Positions 25,001 to 39,300 of a stretch of DNA of 64,000 nucleotides are shown in pieces. The position numbers and the translations under genes are program-made. The notes under the pieces were generated by a model. The model had not been told where the DNA came from, made no database searches, and saw nothing but the letters and a program-made list of their open reading frames with translations. Source of the stretch: Cyanophora paradoxa CCMP329 (Eukaryota; Plantae; Glaucophyta); the NCBI GenBank assembly GCA_004431415.1, contig QPMI01000477.1, positions 186,001 to 250,000 of the forward strand. The letters run 5' to 3'. Position 1 is the first letter of the stretch. Every line of letters begins with the position of its first letter.

Positions 25001-26572
25001 TACCCCCCGTCAGGTCATCTGCCTCTTCCTCGCGCAGGCCGTCGTCGGCTCCCTCGAGAGGCGCCTCGGGTACCCACTTTCCCTCCCGGCCCACCCCGCC
25101 CCCACCCTTTTCGACGCCGGCTCACCTCGCCCGCAGGGAGAGCGTGCGGCAGCCGAAGGAGTGGCCGCGCTTCTTCGCGACGTACATCCCCGCCCGCTCC
25201 GACTTCTTCATGAGTGCCCTCCCTGCTCCGCCCCCCGCCCCTCCCGCCCGCCCCTCTCGCCCTGAGCGCCGGCGGTCTGCAGCGTACCTGATGCTGACGG
25301 GCTGGACGGGGAACGCGCTGCTGCTGCTCACGCCGCTGGCCCAGCGGCTGCTGCGGCGCGCGCGGCGGCGCCTCGGCCTGCACCCCGTCCTCCGCCTCGC
25401 CGCCCTCGACGGCCCTGGCGGCCCCGGCGGCCCCTCCGACGGCCTCGGCCCCGGGGCCGCGCCCTACGGTCCGGCCGCCGCCGGAGCTGCTGTGGCTGGG
25501 GCGCCTCCCAACGCTCGCGCCCCTGCGCAGAGGGCTGGCTCTCGCACGACGTCTTCGTGCTCTTCGTGGCCCTCGTCTACAGCACCATCCAGCCCCTCGC
25601 CCGCCCCGCCCCCTCCCGGCCCCCGCCCTCACCCGCCCCGCCCCTCACGCCGCCCCGCCGGCAGATGTGCGTCGTCGGGGCCACCCACTTCGCCCTCGGC
25701 TACGCCGTCCTGCGGTTCCCCCTCCCTCCCCCTCTCTCCCCCTCTCCCACAGCTCCGCGCCCGACCGCGGGGGGCAGGTACCAGGGGGCGTGCCTGTACA
25801 CGCCGCGGCACTGCTCGGAGGCGCGCCTCTGGCGCTCCGCCTACGGCTCCGCCGTCTTCTCCCTCGCCTTCTACATGGTGCCCCGCCCGCCCGGCCCGGC
25901 CCCGCCCCGGCCCTTCTCCTGAGCGGCGCGGCGCCCCCCGCAGCTCCTCTCGCTCGCCTTCTTCGTCGAGGCCGCCTTCGTGCCGGGCTACGCCCTCTGC
26001 GGTGCCGCCCCTCCCGTACCCCCCTACTCCCTGGAGCCTTCCCTCCCCGTCGACGGGCCCTCCTCGCTGGCAGCGGCGGGCATCGGCGCGACCGGCATCT
26101 TCTACGTGTGGAGCACCTCCAGGCCCGCCCCGTCCCGCGCGCGGCTGCTGCTCCGCCGTTTTAAGGTTTTCCTAAAGCGTTTGGGCCGTGGCGGGGCAGG
26201 TGGGAGCGGCACTTTCGGGAGCGCATCGGCGAGGCCTGCGCCGCCGCCGACGAGGCGCGCCCCCGAGCCGCCCCCGGCCCTATGTCTCCGAGGCCGCCGC
26301 TGACCCCGCGGTCGGTCCCGCGCCCGCAGGTGTACCGCGGCGCCTACGAGCCCCCCGCCGACGCCTTCGTCCAGCCGGAGTACCCCCTTCCCTTCCGCCC
26401 CCTCCCCCCGCCGGCGCCCGCCTGAGCTGGGGGGGGCGGCAGGCGGCGGCGGCCGTGGCTGGGGGCGGGCCTGCGGCGGGGGAGCACGGCGAGCGTGGGG
26501 AGCGCGGGGGACGTCGGCCTGGGGGGGGCCTTCGGCGGCCGTGCCTCCGCCCCCTCCTCCAACTTCATGTAG
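22051..26572 (+). CDS. OSCA/TMEM63 (CSC1/ERD4-like) mechanosensitive cation channel, complete multi-exon copy
   Basis: TM0 VVFGVFFLLLFLVLRMRYIRVFEPR; FFRSAGPD..FMHSVFLR...LLFPVNAT; RFTAHVLSIF; DLMWGEL; FFATYIPARSDFFM.YLMLTGWTG; VYSTIQPL; YQGACLYTPRHCSEARLW; terminal YRGAYEPP. Stop TAG at 26570-26572. Confidence 0.88.
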
Positions 26573-27304
26573 GCGAGCTGCGGCTGCAGGCGCCATCGCG
26601 CGTGAGTGTCGAGTCAAACAGATTTAGAAAAATCCGAGCCGTGAGTGTCGAGTCAAGTGATCCGAATATATTCCGAGCCGGCGGGTTCATACCGGGGTAG
26701 TGGCGCCTGTTGCATTCGTACACACTTGACAACAGTCCCCCGCTCCTCGCCTACCGGATACTACCGGATCGCGCGCGAATGTCACGTTGAACTTATTGTT
26801 GTCAAGCGAGCGCTAGCAGAGCTCGAGGGCTCCGCCGCTGGCTTCGGATGCGGGGTCGGAGATATCGATGTTCGTCCGGCGCCGCGGCCTAAAAGCTTCG
26901 AAATCGAATTCGTAGCACCCGCGGCCGAGCAGAGCCCAGCAAGCTTAAGCCCAGAGCTCGCCAGCGTTGACAGGCAGCGCTCGCCGCAGGTGGCTTCGGG
27001 GTCGCAGTAATGCGTGGTATGCATATGCGCATCGCAATGCGATGTGAGGAAGGCATCAAATTAATCAAAATAAGAATATTAATGCGATTGCAACTCCTTG
27101 GTCGAAAATAAAGATAACAGCGGTTGAAATATATACCGCGTCCGGTGATGATACCTTTCTAACTTTCTAAACTTATCACAAATCCAGCGCAAGCGATTCA
27201 AACCAAATGAGACGCTATAGCGTACTGCGCCGCGGCGGTAACCTAGCTGGGAGGAAATGCCTGTAGAAAACGTAACGTATATACGTAAAGTGCGCATGCG
27301 AGCG

Positions 27305-30300
27305 CTACATAGCGACGCTGCGGATTTCTCCCGCGTGCTCCAGCCCCGCGGCGGTGGGTGCTGCCCCGTCGCCGTCGCCTAGATCTAGATTCACTGAGAC
27401 GAGCCTCGGCGAGACGGGCGGCGTGCGGCTCGGGCCGCCCCCTGGCTCAGGCAGGCGCGGGATGATGGACGGCGGGTGCGGGGCGCGCGCGCCGGCGTTC
27501 GCGGGGGGCCCGATGTAAACGGACTCGGGGTCGAGGCGGGGGCCGCCCTCGAGCAGCATGTGCACGTGCGAGGCGGGGGCGCCCCGCCCCGTCGGCTTCA
27601 TCTCCTCGCGATCGCCCCGCGCCCCGTACGCCTCCTCCGCGGCCATGACGCCCCCGAACCCCGCCGCGGGCCGCTGGGCCCCGCCCGAATTTCACACGTT
27701 AGATTTCGTAGTCAAGATCTAATCTCTCAATCGAAATTTAAAGAGACGCACGTGGAGGGCCATGCTCTTGACGGTGACGTAGGCCGTGAGCAGCAGCCCG
27801 AGGATCTCGACCGCGCCCTGCGGGGCGGTCGACATCGGTCAGAGCGGCTGGAGACACGTCCCATCCCAAGAGGAGAAACAGCTTCGCGCCTGGGCGAGGG
27901 AGAAGGCGTCGGCGACGGCGTCGAGGGCCGTCGTGCGCGTGATGCGGTCCACCAGCAGGTACACCTGCCCCGATGCGGGGCGATCGGTTATAGCTTCAAT
28001 TTGCCAGGCGATGTTGGCGCCGTGCTGCGCGCACCTGGCTCGGCTTGAACTTGGCGCGAAGCGTCACGCGGGCCTCGGCGCAGTCGTCCACTGCGCGCCC
28101 TGGCGGACACACGACCTGCACAATGCACGTCAATGAACCCGGACGTGGTCAAGCCATCCGTTCGCGAAATTGATGGCGCACGAAGGTGGTCGGGTCGCGC
28201 TCGGCGCGCTCTGTCTCGGAGGACGAGACGGCGGCGAAATAGCGCGGGCGGCCGTCCGCCGCGTCCGAGAAGTGCATCGCTGCGCGTCCCGCGTCGGCCG
28301 CGCCGCGAAAGCCCCAATGCCAAGGCGGGCACGGGTGAGGTCGAGGGGCAGGTCGACGGCGTCGCGGCCGCGGAAGACGGCGTCCTCCGACGACGTCGTC
28401 ACCATCCCCTGCACCTCCACGTACTCCGGGATCTACGGCCGGTCCCACGTAATCAGCGGAGCCTCGGAGGGCGCGCCAAGCGTAGAGGGACAGAGCGGGC
28501 CTGGACGGAGTAGGGGATGGAGACGGCGAAGGCGCGCGACGACTTCAGCTGAAGGGTGACGAAGGTCCCGTCGTTCGCCGCCACGCTGCAGCCCTTTCAG
28601 GCCTGGAGGAACGGGCGGGCCGAACCAGGGCGGCGGGAGGGGGCGCGCCGGCACTGCGGGCAGGTCCAGGTGACCTTGCACGAGCGGCCGGCGTCGGCCT
28701 GCTCGAAGGCGAGGGCGTCGGGCCCGACGAAGCCGGCCCGCTCGTGCGCGACGTCCCCCGCGCCGCAGGGGCCGTCGTAGCCGCGGAACGTTGCGCTCAC
28801 GACGAAGGGGCCCGAGATCGAGCTCGCCGACGGGCTCGTCCCGGGGTTCTGCGCCGCGCGCGTGTGTCAATTTCTTCGAAATGGGCGCACAATGGAAATG
28901 GGCAGTGGACTTGCCAACGACTGCACGATCTGTAACGGCCGCGGGTGAGACGGAATGAGAGGCAGCCGAGCGGGCACTCGAAGAACAGGGGGAGGCGCAC
29001 GGTGTAATTGGCCATGGAGTATTGGACAGCGACGAATAAAACTGCGAAGGGGTCAGCTGCGCCCGGAGCCTCTGATGTACAGCCGCAGCGACGAGCGCTG
29101 AAGAAGTGCGCGACGGCACTCACTGGCGATGACAACGCCGGCGATGCCGACGACGGTGAAGAAAGAGCCGCGCACGGAGCGCTTCTGCTCCGACTCGTCT
29201 TCGGGCCTGTCCTTGCTGAACTCCTCGCCGGGCGGGTCGCTTTTCTCGTCGTGGGCGAGCGAGTCTGCAGCAGCCGTCATGATCATTCGCAATGGCTCGA
29301 CGGAAGGAATTCAAGGGGTGAACTGACTGACCCGTGTACATGCGGTGGAACCAGCGGAGGCGGCGGAGGCGGGCGCGCTTGCCCGCCGGCGTGGACGGGA
29401 TGACGCGGACGTACACGACGAAGCAGGCCCCGACGAGCGCGACCGTGATCGCCGCGCCGATGCCGATCCACGTGAAGACCTGCGCATGGAACGTTGGAAA
29501 TTTGACGGGGGCGAAGCTTAAGGGATATGACGGGACGCACACGGAAGGCGCGGTCGAGCGTGGCCTGCTCCGTCCGCACGACGGCCTGCGAGATCGAGCC
29601 CTTGTTCTGCGGGTAGATGAACTCCTCGCTCTTCTTCTCGACGTCGCCCTCCGCGGCGCTCCCCGACTGCAGCAGCCGCCGCGCGGCAGTGGCGGCCCCG
29701 ACGAGCGCGCGACGCAGGCGGCCGGTGGGCCCCGAGGGCGCGGGGCTCGTGAAGAAGGCGCGGTCAACACGGAGGCCGACGTCGATCGGCTGCGACGTTG
29801 CTGTGGCGGCGGTGCTGTCAGGAGAGAAGGTCGGCACCACGCGGATGAGTCGGCCTCACTCACCAACGGGGCAGAGCTTGCCGGCGGGGCACGGCAGGCA
29901 CGCGCTTCCCCCCGCCTCGGGTAAATACGTCCCGAAGGGGCTGATCGCGAAAAAGGGTGAGAACGCAAGGCCATCAAAGCCGGTGCGCAAGCGCACCACG
30001 GCGTGCACTCCGTCATTGCAATTGTCGCGTTGCGGAAGGTGCCGCTCTCGCACGGGCGGCACTCCAGACCGTCCTCCGACACCGTGCCCAAGCTGCACGC
30101 CGAGCAGGCGGCCGCCCCGGCGGCAGCGACGTGGTTGACGGGGCACGCGAGGCACTGGCCGCTGCCGCTGGGCGAGTATTGGCCTGCCGCGCAAGAGACC
30201 TGCATGCGCGGGCGACGGTGCCAGGTGTCAGATCTAGATCTATAAATGGCTCGAGGCCTCCGCATGGAATCTGTATATATTCTTTACGCCCGCAGGCGGT

Positions 30301-33300
30301 GCGCTCATCATTGGCGATGGTCCCGGCAAGACAAAGCTGCGCGACGAGCGGGAATCGGTAAGATTGGGAACTGAAATGCAAAATGCAAGGAGTTTCGAAT
30401 TCTTGGGCTTCCGCTCTCGCCTGGCATGCGTCCAGTCCCTCTTGGGGCGCCGTCGAGTTGGAGGCGCACGGCTGGCACGCCGACTTGACCTGATCGGGCA
30501 CCTTGCCGGGGGAGCAGGCTGCGACATCGATGCCATTCAGTTTGCACCGCGGAAAAAGCAATATTCGTGGAGCCACGGCTGACCGATGCACGCGATCCTG
30601 TCTGGACGGGAGACAGTGCCAGCGGCGCTGTCCGACCCGCGGCGTTCAGCCAGGGGGCACGCGAGATCGGCACTCTCGGAGGCGGTGAGGGCGCACCAGG
30701 CGGTGCAGGCGGCGCTGCTGTACTTGTCGACGAAGGCGCCGGGCTCGCAGAGCTGACAGACGTGCATCGTCGTGTTGCGGTACATACCCTGCAACGGCGC
30801 GATCGAAAACGTTGACGGACGCGGCCGCAGAGCCAAGTCGACACTGCGGGCGGCGCACGGGGCTGCACGGGTCGCAGGTGGTGAAGTCGGCGCGCGAGTA
30901 GGTCCCGGGGCTGCACGGTGTGCAGGCCTCGCCCCGCCCCAGGTCGTCCGCGTACGTGTTCGGAGGGCACTGCAGAGAGGACCGTGATCAAGAGGGTTCG
31001 CGAACGCAAGTCGAAAGCAAACGGGCAGATTTCTGACCTGCTCGCACGACTTGCCGCCACGCTGCATGAAGGTGCCGCGCTCACACGGAATGCATTTCGT
31101 CCTGCACCGACAATGTTCAGAATTTTTCTATAGCTTTCAAAAGACTGAAGGTGCACAGCGGTTCCCATTTCGCACCCGTCGGAAGCCGCAAACTGGCCGA
31201 GAGGACACGAAGGGCACTCCTTGAACGTCTTTGGTGGCGACACAAAGCCCTGTAATTAATATCGTCGGATTAGCGTGTTTGCAGATCAGTTGCACGCTTC
31301 GACAGCGCTGAGTCTTCAAGGGGCGCACCGGCTTGCACGGGAAGCAATTGTTCTGGCCTTCGGGCTGGTATGTGCCAGCTGCAACATCGCGGCGGTCACT
31401 CGAGCTCGGGAGATACTACATCACGCTCGTGCATTGGGAGGCCCAGGGTGCCCACCTGGGCAGTCTATGCATCGCGTCTGCTCGTCGTTCGTGATCTGGC
31501 CCTTCTCGCACTTCTGGCACTCCACCATGCCCAGCGAGCTGCTGACTTGGCCCTGCGCGCGGACGAGTCGGCTGTGTGGCTGTACTGCAGTTCGTCGCGT
31601 CGTATAAACGCACATTGGGGCACGGCCAGCAGGTTCCGTTTCTCTCGAACCAGCCCGGAAGGCAAGGCCTGCACACCGCTCAGCATAGAGGGCATCTGGG
31701 TTGATTATTTGCGAGCAGAGGCCAACCTGCACTCTGTCCGATCGTCGCTGCTTGCACTTCCACGCTCGCTGCGAAATGTTCGTTCGCTACTCGTCTTTCG
31801 CGCGCCACGTCAGAACGACGCACCAGGGCGTGCAAGCGACGGCCCCGGCGGCGGGCGTGTAGTATCCGAAAGGACACTACGCAAAAAACGGTCCTCTTCA
31901 GCCCTAAAAATCGACGTCAAACTCCACGGGCAGGTACCATATTGCAGGTCTGATTTGCCGGGGAGCGGAAGGTCCCTTGCGAGCACGGCTGCCGAATTGA
32001 AGGCATCAAGAGAGCCATCGCAAAGTTGAGAGCGACCCGCTGCGCTCGGCGCACCACACAGTTCTGGCGATCCATCGAGGCGATCGTGCCAGCGGCGCAG
32101 GCGACGCACTCCCTCGCACCGGCCTCGGGCGTGACCGTGTTGATGGCGCACTCCACGCACGTGCCGTCCTTGGGGTAGAAGCCCGCCCGGCACGGCTCGC
32201 AGGACTGCGGTCCCGATCGATCGAATTAAATGATCATGAATTCGAAAAGATCCAAACCGCTCGCGGAGCCGCGAGGGCACTGCGGCCGGGAAGTGCGCAC
32301 GGTTCGCTCCACAATGGAGACCTTGCCGTCGGGGCAGGGCGTGCAGTCGTCCGCGCCGCCCGCGCTGTACGAGCCGAAGGGGCACACCTCGCACTCGGAC
32401 ATGCTTGCGGCCCGGTACTTGCCCGCCAAGCAGCTGCGAACACGAGCGGCGTCAGACGACGCCGTCGTGGCGCGCAGCAGCTGCGGATAATTATATAAGG
32501 CAGCAGCTGCGGATAATTATATAAGAAGAACAGACGCGAAACAGTTCTGCTTGTCGTCACTTGCGACTTCCCCTGGGGCGCTGCGCATGCGTTAGTTACG
32601 GAGAGGGCCGTGCAAAATTCGCCTGCAGCACCACTCGAGGCACGACTGCGCCCGGTCGACCGGGTTGTACGTGTTGCCGGTGCAAGGCTTGCACGTTCCA
32701 TTGCGCTCGTAGCTGCCCTTCCCGCAGTCGACGCACTCGGACAAGTCCGTGCTGGGGACTGATCCCGGCGAGCAGAGCTTGTACGAGGTGCTGCCCTCGC
32801 CGGCAGTGGCGCCGACGGGCACATTGGAGCAGATCAGCATGCTCACGTTGCGGTACGTCCCGCTAGGGCACGCTGACGGAGAGCAGGTTAAAGGAGATCC
32901 AAGTCGAATAAATTTCCAATAAGCCGCGGAGAATTCGAAGGCGCACGCAAGCAGGTCTGGCTGTCCGCGGAGGCGACCCATCCGTCGTCGCATTTCGTGC
33001 AGTTCGTGGATGCGAGATTCGGCGCCTTGTGGTTGACAGGGCAGCTGCTCGCACGATATCACGAAAAAGCTCAGCCCTCTAATGATCAGAACTCAGCACA
33101 AGACGCACGCTTCGCAGTAGTCATCGTGTTGGAAGCGACCCCGCGGGCACTCGATGCAGTAGCTGCGTGCGGGGTTCGGGACCCACCCGTCCTCGCACTC
33201 CGAGAAGTTTTGTGTGCCCCCGGGCGCGGCGGCCCTCGCCGGTACCGCCGTGCAGTACGTGTGGTTCTCCGAACGGTACGTACCTGCATGCGTACGCGTG

Positions 33301-36300
33301 CACGAGTGCAGGATGGGAATCAAGGATTATATTGTAGTGCGAAAGGCATGCAGGATCAAATTATGCACGCTCACCGGCGCCGCAGGGGATGCACTGCTGC
33401 GAGTCTGGGGTCGCCACCTCCCCGAGCGCGCAGGCCTTGCAGGAGGTCGACCCGCTCAGTGGCGCGATGGCGTTCACAGGGCACCTGCGCGGGCGGCGCT
33501 CGGCGACGCTAACAGGGAGCGATCGCGGCTTGGGCGTCCCCGCTCCGATCTGAACGTCGGCGCACCGCGTGCATACGCCGCCGTCCTTGAAGGTGCCCTT
33601 CGGGCACTCCGCGCAGGCCGAGCGCGTCGCGTCGGGCACCTTTCCGCCCGGGCACATGGTGAAGTTCGCGGAGCCGCGGTGGGCGACGCCTCCCACGGGC
33701 ACCGGCTCGCAGACGGTCATGCTCGCGTTTCGGAACGTGCCTGCCAGCAAGGATAGAGCGAAGTAGAAAGGCGCAGGGCGTGGCCAGCCTACAGACCGGC
33801 CTCGCAGAGGATGCAGGACTGGGCGTCGTCGGCGGCGACTTGACCCTCGCCGCACGGCTCGCAGACGGTGCTTCCCTCCGCGGAAGACTTCTTGAGGACC
33901 GGGCAGCTGGTCGTGATAAGGTCAGATCGTGAGGTGCGGCGCGACATTGCTCGAGCTTACCGCAGGCATGATTCGCCCTTCTGGAAAGTTCCTAATCGTG
34001 TCGTCCATGACATCGTCAGTGGGTTTCGCGCGCGCTGAGCGCCGAGTCCAGTGCGCGATGTGGTTAGGCACCGGCGCTGCAGTTGACGCAGTAGCTCCTC
34101 GAGAGATTCGGAACGGATCCGCTCGGACACCTCGTGAAGTTCGGCGAGCCCTCGGGCGCGTAAGAGAGTTCAGGAACGGGCGCGCAATACGTCATGTTGA
34201 CTCCACGGTATGTCCCTGAACGGCGGATAGAATGTTTAAGTCCCTGAGCTGCACATGCTCGCCCTGAGCCGCACATGCTCACCTGGGCTGCAAGGGATGC
34301 AGGTCTGCGAGTCCGCGCTTGCCACGGATCCGGGGAGGCATGTTTTACACGTCTCCATTCCGCTGTCAGATGTGACGGTATTGAGTCCGCAACTGCAAAA
34401 ATGTAGATTATGTGAATGAGTTCGAGAAGCGAAATTTACATGCATATGCTCTTTCTATGTGTCTGCACTGACCGCTCGCATGCGGTGCCGTTGCGAGCAA
34501 GAAACGTTCCTTTCGGGCTGAAACGTTTTCATTGAAGGACTTTTAAAAGAGCACTGCGTCAGAAAGCACCACTTTGTGCACTCGACAGCCGACCCGGCCG
34601 ACACTTTGCCGGACTCGCAAGGCTTGCATTGACCCACACCGAGCGCCCCTGCAATGAAACCGCATGCGAACTCGATTCAATACATGCGTGCTTGAATATT
34701 AATGCGCAACCTGCATCACTCCCCCTAGGCCTTCCTCGCATTCACGTGCATACCCGACGCGCACCTTCTCGATTTGAGTAAGTCATTGGAGGGCACGGCG
34801 AACACATTGTTGCATTAATGTAGGGCAGAAAGTATCCCGGAGAACAGGCTGCGCGCGCCGAGTGAGTCTCTAGTTAGCAGGCTTTTCGGCATTTTCACGT
34901 ACGCTTGCAGTCTGAGCTCCAACCCGCGGACTCCGTGTAGGTATTGGTGGGGCAGGGTGTGCAAACTTGAGTTGGAGCCTTCGAAAAGGTTCCTCGCTCG
35001 CATTCTGCGAGTCAAATTCGAAACGCACGGCAAGCGTGACTGCGAAGCGCACGGAAACAGGATTCTGATCCTGTGTGGCTGAAGCTTCCCTTTTCACACG
35101 TCGTGCCTGACACGTGGCGCCTTGTCAGCTTGAGAGCTCAGCCGAAAACCTGACAGGAACGCACAAAAGGTACTTCCAGGTCCCGAAAACGTCCCATTAG
35201 GGCACAATTCAGCTTCACGTTCATGCAAAAGCCCGCGTTTCGTACTTGCGCGACCTGCTCAATGGTGCTCACTAAAGTAACTTATCAATCTTACCAATGG
35301 ATTGAATTAAAGCATATAATTACCCGCCGGAAGCGGTAAACAGTCCGCGCCATCACCTCCTCCATTCAGCGAAGGATAGTTGTAGTACTGGAAACCGTCT
35401 CAGCCAAGCGAGCAGCGAATTCAAAGTGCGATTCGAGTATGGAGCTCTCACCTGGCCAGCCGGACAATCGACGTAAAGTTTTAGGATTCGTGCTCTAATT
35501 ATAGTTACAGCGTCAGACGATTCGAGTTCGCCAATTGCAAGCGTATGGTGGCCGGGCAGCTTGGCGCACGGCGTTTGCGTATAGAAAACAATGTACGAAG
35601 TCTCGTGGAAAGGCTCCGAATGCGCAAAGTCCAAGCCTTCATAGGTTCCTGCTGAACTCTGAAGATTCTGAAAGAACCTGAGCTGCAAATGTCATGCAAG
35701 CAAAAAACGATGCATCTTCTAAAGCGAACTCAAATGCAATGAGTGCGTCTACCAGTTCCAGTCGCTGATAGCCATTCCACCTCTGCAAAGTGAGGGTTTA
35801 AATTAAACGCAAATAAAGTGCGCCAAAAAGCTGCAATGCTTACCCAATAAAAGAAGGAAATTCGGATTCAGAAAATGCAGTCACAATTTTTTTGTTTCTT
35901 ATTCCTGTTTCATCGTCGATATTTTCAATCTGGAGAAAACGTTGCAACCTTCCAATTTATTTTTCTGTGGGAGAGAAAGAGAGGCCAACCTTGAAGAGGA
36001 CGCTCGTCCTCGCGCGTGATCTGTATACAATTTTTCGAAGCCTCGATTGACCATCCTTGAAGAACCTTTGCTCGAACGCTTGCCTGTAGTGCACTGTGTT
36101 GTCGATAGAGTGCCTATTTAATGCCATGATCATGATCAATACTTTCAATGACAGAATTTGCGATCGCGAACAAACATATAGAATATGTATCAAAATGCCA
36201 TAACCGGCAATGACAAATATTTGTTCGCACCCTTCCTGAACGATGTACAATGTTCCTGAGGGCTTCATATTAATGATGCGGGACTTATTGTTTGTTGGAG

Positions 36301-39300
36301 TCACAAGTTACCTGCTCTGTATACCGCGGCGGGTACACTGTACCATTGGCTATCCGTTGGCGATGGACTGCTGTAACCAGCTGCAACTGGAAGCATAAGA
36401 CGATCCGCTGCGAGTACCGCAGCTGTTGTTCCGATTCCGCTCGTCCACTGTGAAGGGCGACTGAAGCAAAATTGAAAAACAAATCAACTTCATTTCCAAG
36501 CAACTTAGAAATTGAATCTGTCTTCTTACCGCAGCCGAATGACCTGCAGAGTGTATAAGTTCACACGATTGCGAGCAGATTGTATAATACGCACTTCGTC
36601 TCCCAAAATAAAGAAGGCGAACTTCCGTCCTTCCACCCATTTTCCTTCGAGCGCCTGCATAGCTTCAGCGAGTGTTGCCAAGTAACAGTGTCAGCGTTTG
36701 AAACGCGCACTCCGATGCCGGAACCTGCCTCCCCAGCAAATCCGTTTTGCCCGATGTGGGAATCCAGACAATCGATGGTGCGTTCAGCAATCTTGACTGG
36801 GGGCCGAGCTGGTGGAACTGTAGCCGACCCCGAGTTCACATTCCAAGTCCAAAGAAAGAACACATGTTTGATTTTATTCGTTTGACCGCCGCAACCATAA
36901 CTTGCTGCTCCTTTTGCAAAAAATGGAATCCTGCCATTGACGATAAATGTTAGATAATTGTATAAGCCGACAGAGAAAAAGAGGATATATATACGCAAAC
37001 CTGACGATTGCATGGTAAGTGTACGTTAGCGACGCACTCTTTGCAGTGCTTCCGTCCGCTGCCATAGCAAGCACAGCTGAGCCCGGGGGAAGCTCATATG
37101 CTCTTACATCGCTAGACATGAACGGATTTGTCATCGCAAGCTGTGAACTGTACTAGTGGCCCGGCCGCGTTTTGGCGCGCCGGGGGTGCAAGGGGGGAAT
37201 CTGGATCTAATGAAAGAGTAGTAGTGGCACGAACATGCACGGGGCAGATGTAGATCGACCCCGGCCCAGCGCGCGCGGCAGGTTGCAATTGAAGTAGTAA
37301 AGATAGAGACAGATTATGACTGTAAAGAGTAGAAAAGGGCTGATAAGCAGACGCTGCGATCTAACCGAACAAAGAAAAGCCTGAATGAACTTCGAGATTG
37401 AGTGCACTGTATATGAAAGATTGTTCTGGAGCGGAAAAACCGTGCGCATCAACTGTGTTTGCACGGCCTACCCCTACTCCTGAACAGCTGGCTAAAAAAT
37501 GATGGTGCTGTCTGCAGAGGGCTCGCCGTAAACATAGGCGATCCAGGCCGTCTGGAGGGGGTCGGGGCGGAAGTCGGCCGTGCGGGTGAGCGGCAGCCAG
37601 CGGCGCCGGTCCTGAAGAGGGCCCTGCTGGGAGAGCATGGTGAGGCGGCCCGCCGCCTCGAGCGCCTGCAGAGCCACGCGGCTGGCGCGCTGCTCGCTTC
37701 CGCCGCGCATCTGGTAGACAAGGTCTTGAAGTTCGATATCGACGAGGCCGGCGTCTCGGAGGCGCGTGAGGACTCCCATGTGGAGGTCCTCGATTGCAGG
37801 TCTGCCGTGGCAATCATGAAACAGACGCGAGATCTAGATATGGGCAGTCCAGTTGAATGAATGTTCGCGCACCCGACAAAGCGAACGACGAAGCGATCTT
37901 GCCGCGCAGCCGCGAGTGCTTCGACGGTTGCTGAAAAACGGCTGAAAGAGATTATTACAATCGGCCGCATACCTTTTTCAGCCAGAAGAGAGCGCGTCGA
38001 ATGAGCCAGGGCCGCACTTTCAGAGTCACGGTGACGGGCGCACCCTCAGTTTGAATGTAAACAGTTTCGGACTGGCCGGCCGTGCGTGGGAGCACGAGGA
38101 CCAGTTCGTTGATCTTGTTGAAGAATGAGATGCAGTTGCCACGAGTAAAGCGCTGGCCCGAAGGGTGGTGTGTACGGACGCGAGTCTCGCCGCTGACAAT
38201 CGCAATCAGCTTTCGTTCCGCCTCGTTCAGGCAGCTCAGCTCCTCGGGAATATATCCGAAGTCCCACAACGCCACTGCTGTTCGCGGCATGTCGCCCGAT
38301 TTGAGGGTGGGGATGCAGCGCTGGCAAAGACGAAAGTGCGGAATGTTCGATTTGCAGGCGACCTTGCAGCTGCACATCTTGCCAGGGCACGATTCGACGA
38401 AGGTGCCCGAGTCACCTTCAACTTTGAGTACAGCTAGCATTTGCTGCAGGCCCGGCCGGCTTTCCGTTCCGGTGACGCGCTCAAAGGCCGGCGGCAGCAG
38501 CAGAGACCCCTCGCGTTTTTCGACGCCAAGCTGTTTCTGCCACGGTGGGGGCGCCTCGATATCCTCCCTGCACCCAGATAAGTGCTGCGCAGTGGAAATG
38601 TAGAATAGGTTCAGAGTGCTCACTTGTACACCCAGAGGGGAGTAAAGATCTCAAGCGAGGCGGGGAAGAAGGGGCATTTGGGGAAGTCCGCGGCAGGCCG
38701 ATACTCCGCGCAGCAGGCGCACGTCCAAAACGTGCTGTTTCGCGGCCACGTCTTCATCCACGTCGTAGTAAGAGCTGGCAGTGCGTCCCAAGGAGCGATA
38801 TCTGACCGGCGATATCGACAATTTAGCGAGGGAATCCCGAATCCACATGTCCACGAAAATAGAATCCACCTGGAGGGTGCTTCTTCTCTTTGTGCTTCCG
38901 CAGAGAGGATGCAGAAGCGCCGCTCCAGCCGCAGCCCTCATGATCGCAGCTATGCGTGGCCCGTCTGGCCGTTCGCTTCCGGCGGCCTAACGCCGGGTCG
39001 GCTTCTTCCTCGGACGAACTGCTGCTGCACTCGGACTCGACTACGTCCTCCGCAGCCTCTGCATTGCGGGCAACGTCACTACATCGATCTGGTTCAGCAA
39101 CGCAGCACAAAAATTACCTCGGGCGTGTGCAGCCTCGTGCTGACGAAGGGAAGGAGCTGACGGACAGACGATACAGCACTGCCTGCACGGGTACTGGGCG
39201 ACCGTTGCGGATGCCGGAATAGACATGTCCGGAGGCACATTCTGCGGCGAGCACTTCGCACGCTTCACGTGCCGGTCGAACGACAACTTGTCGTTGAAGG

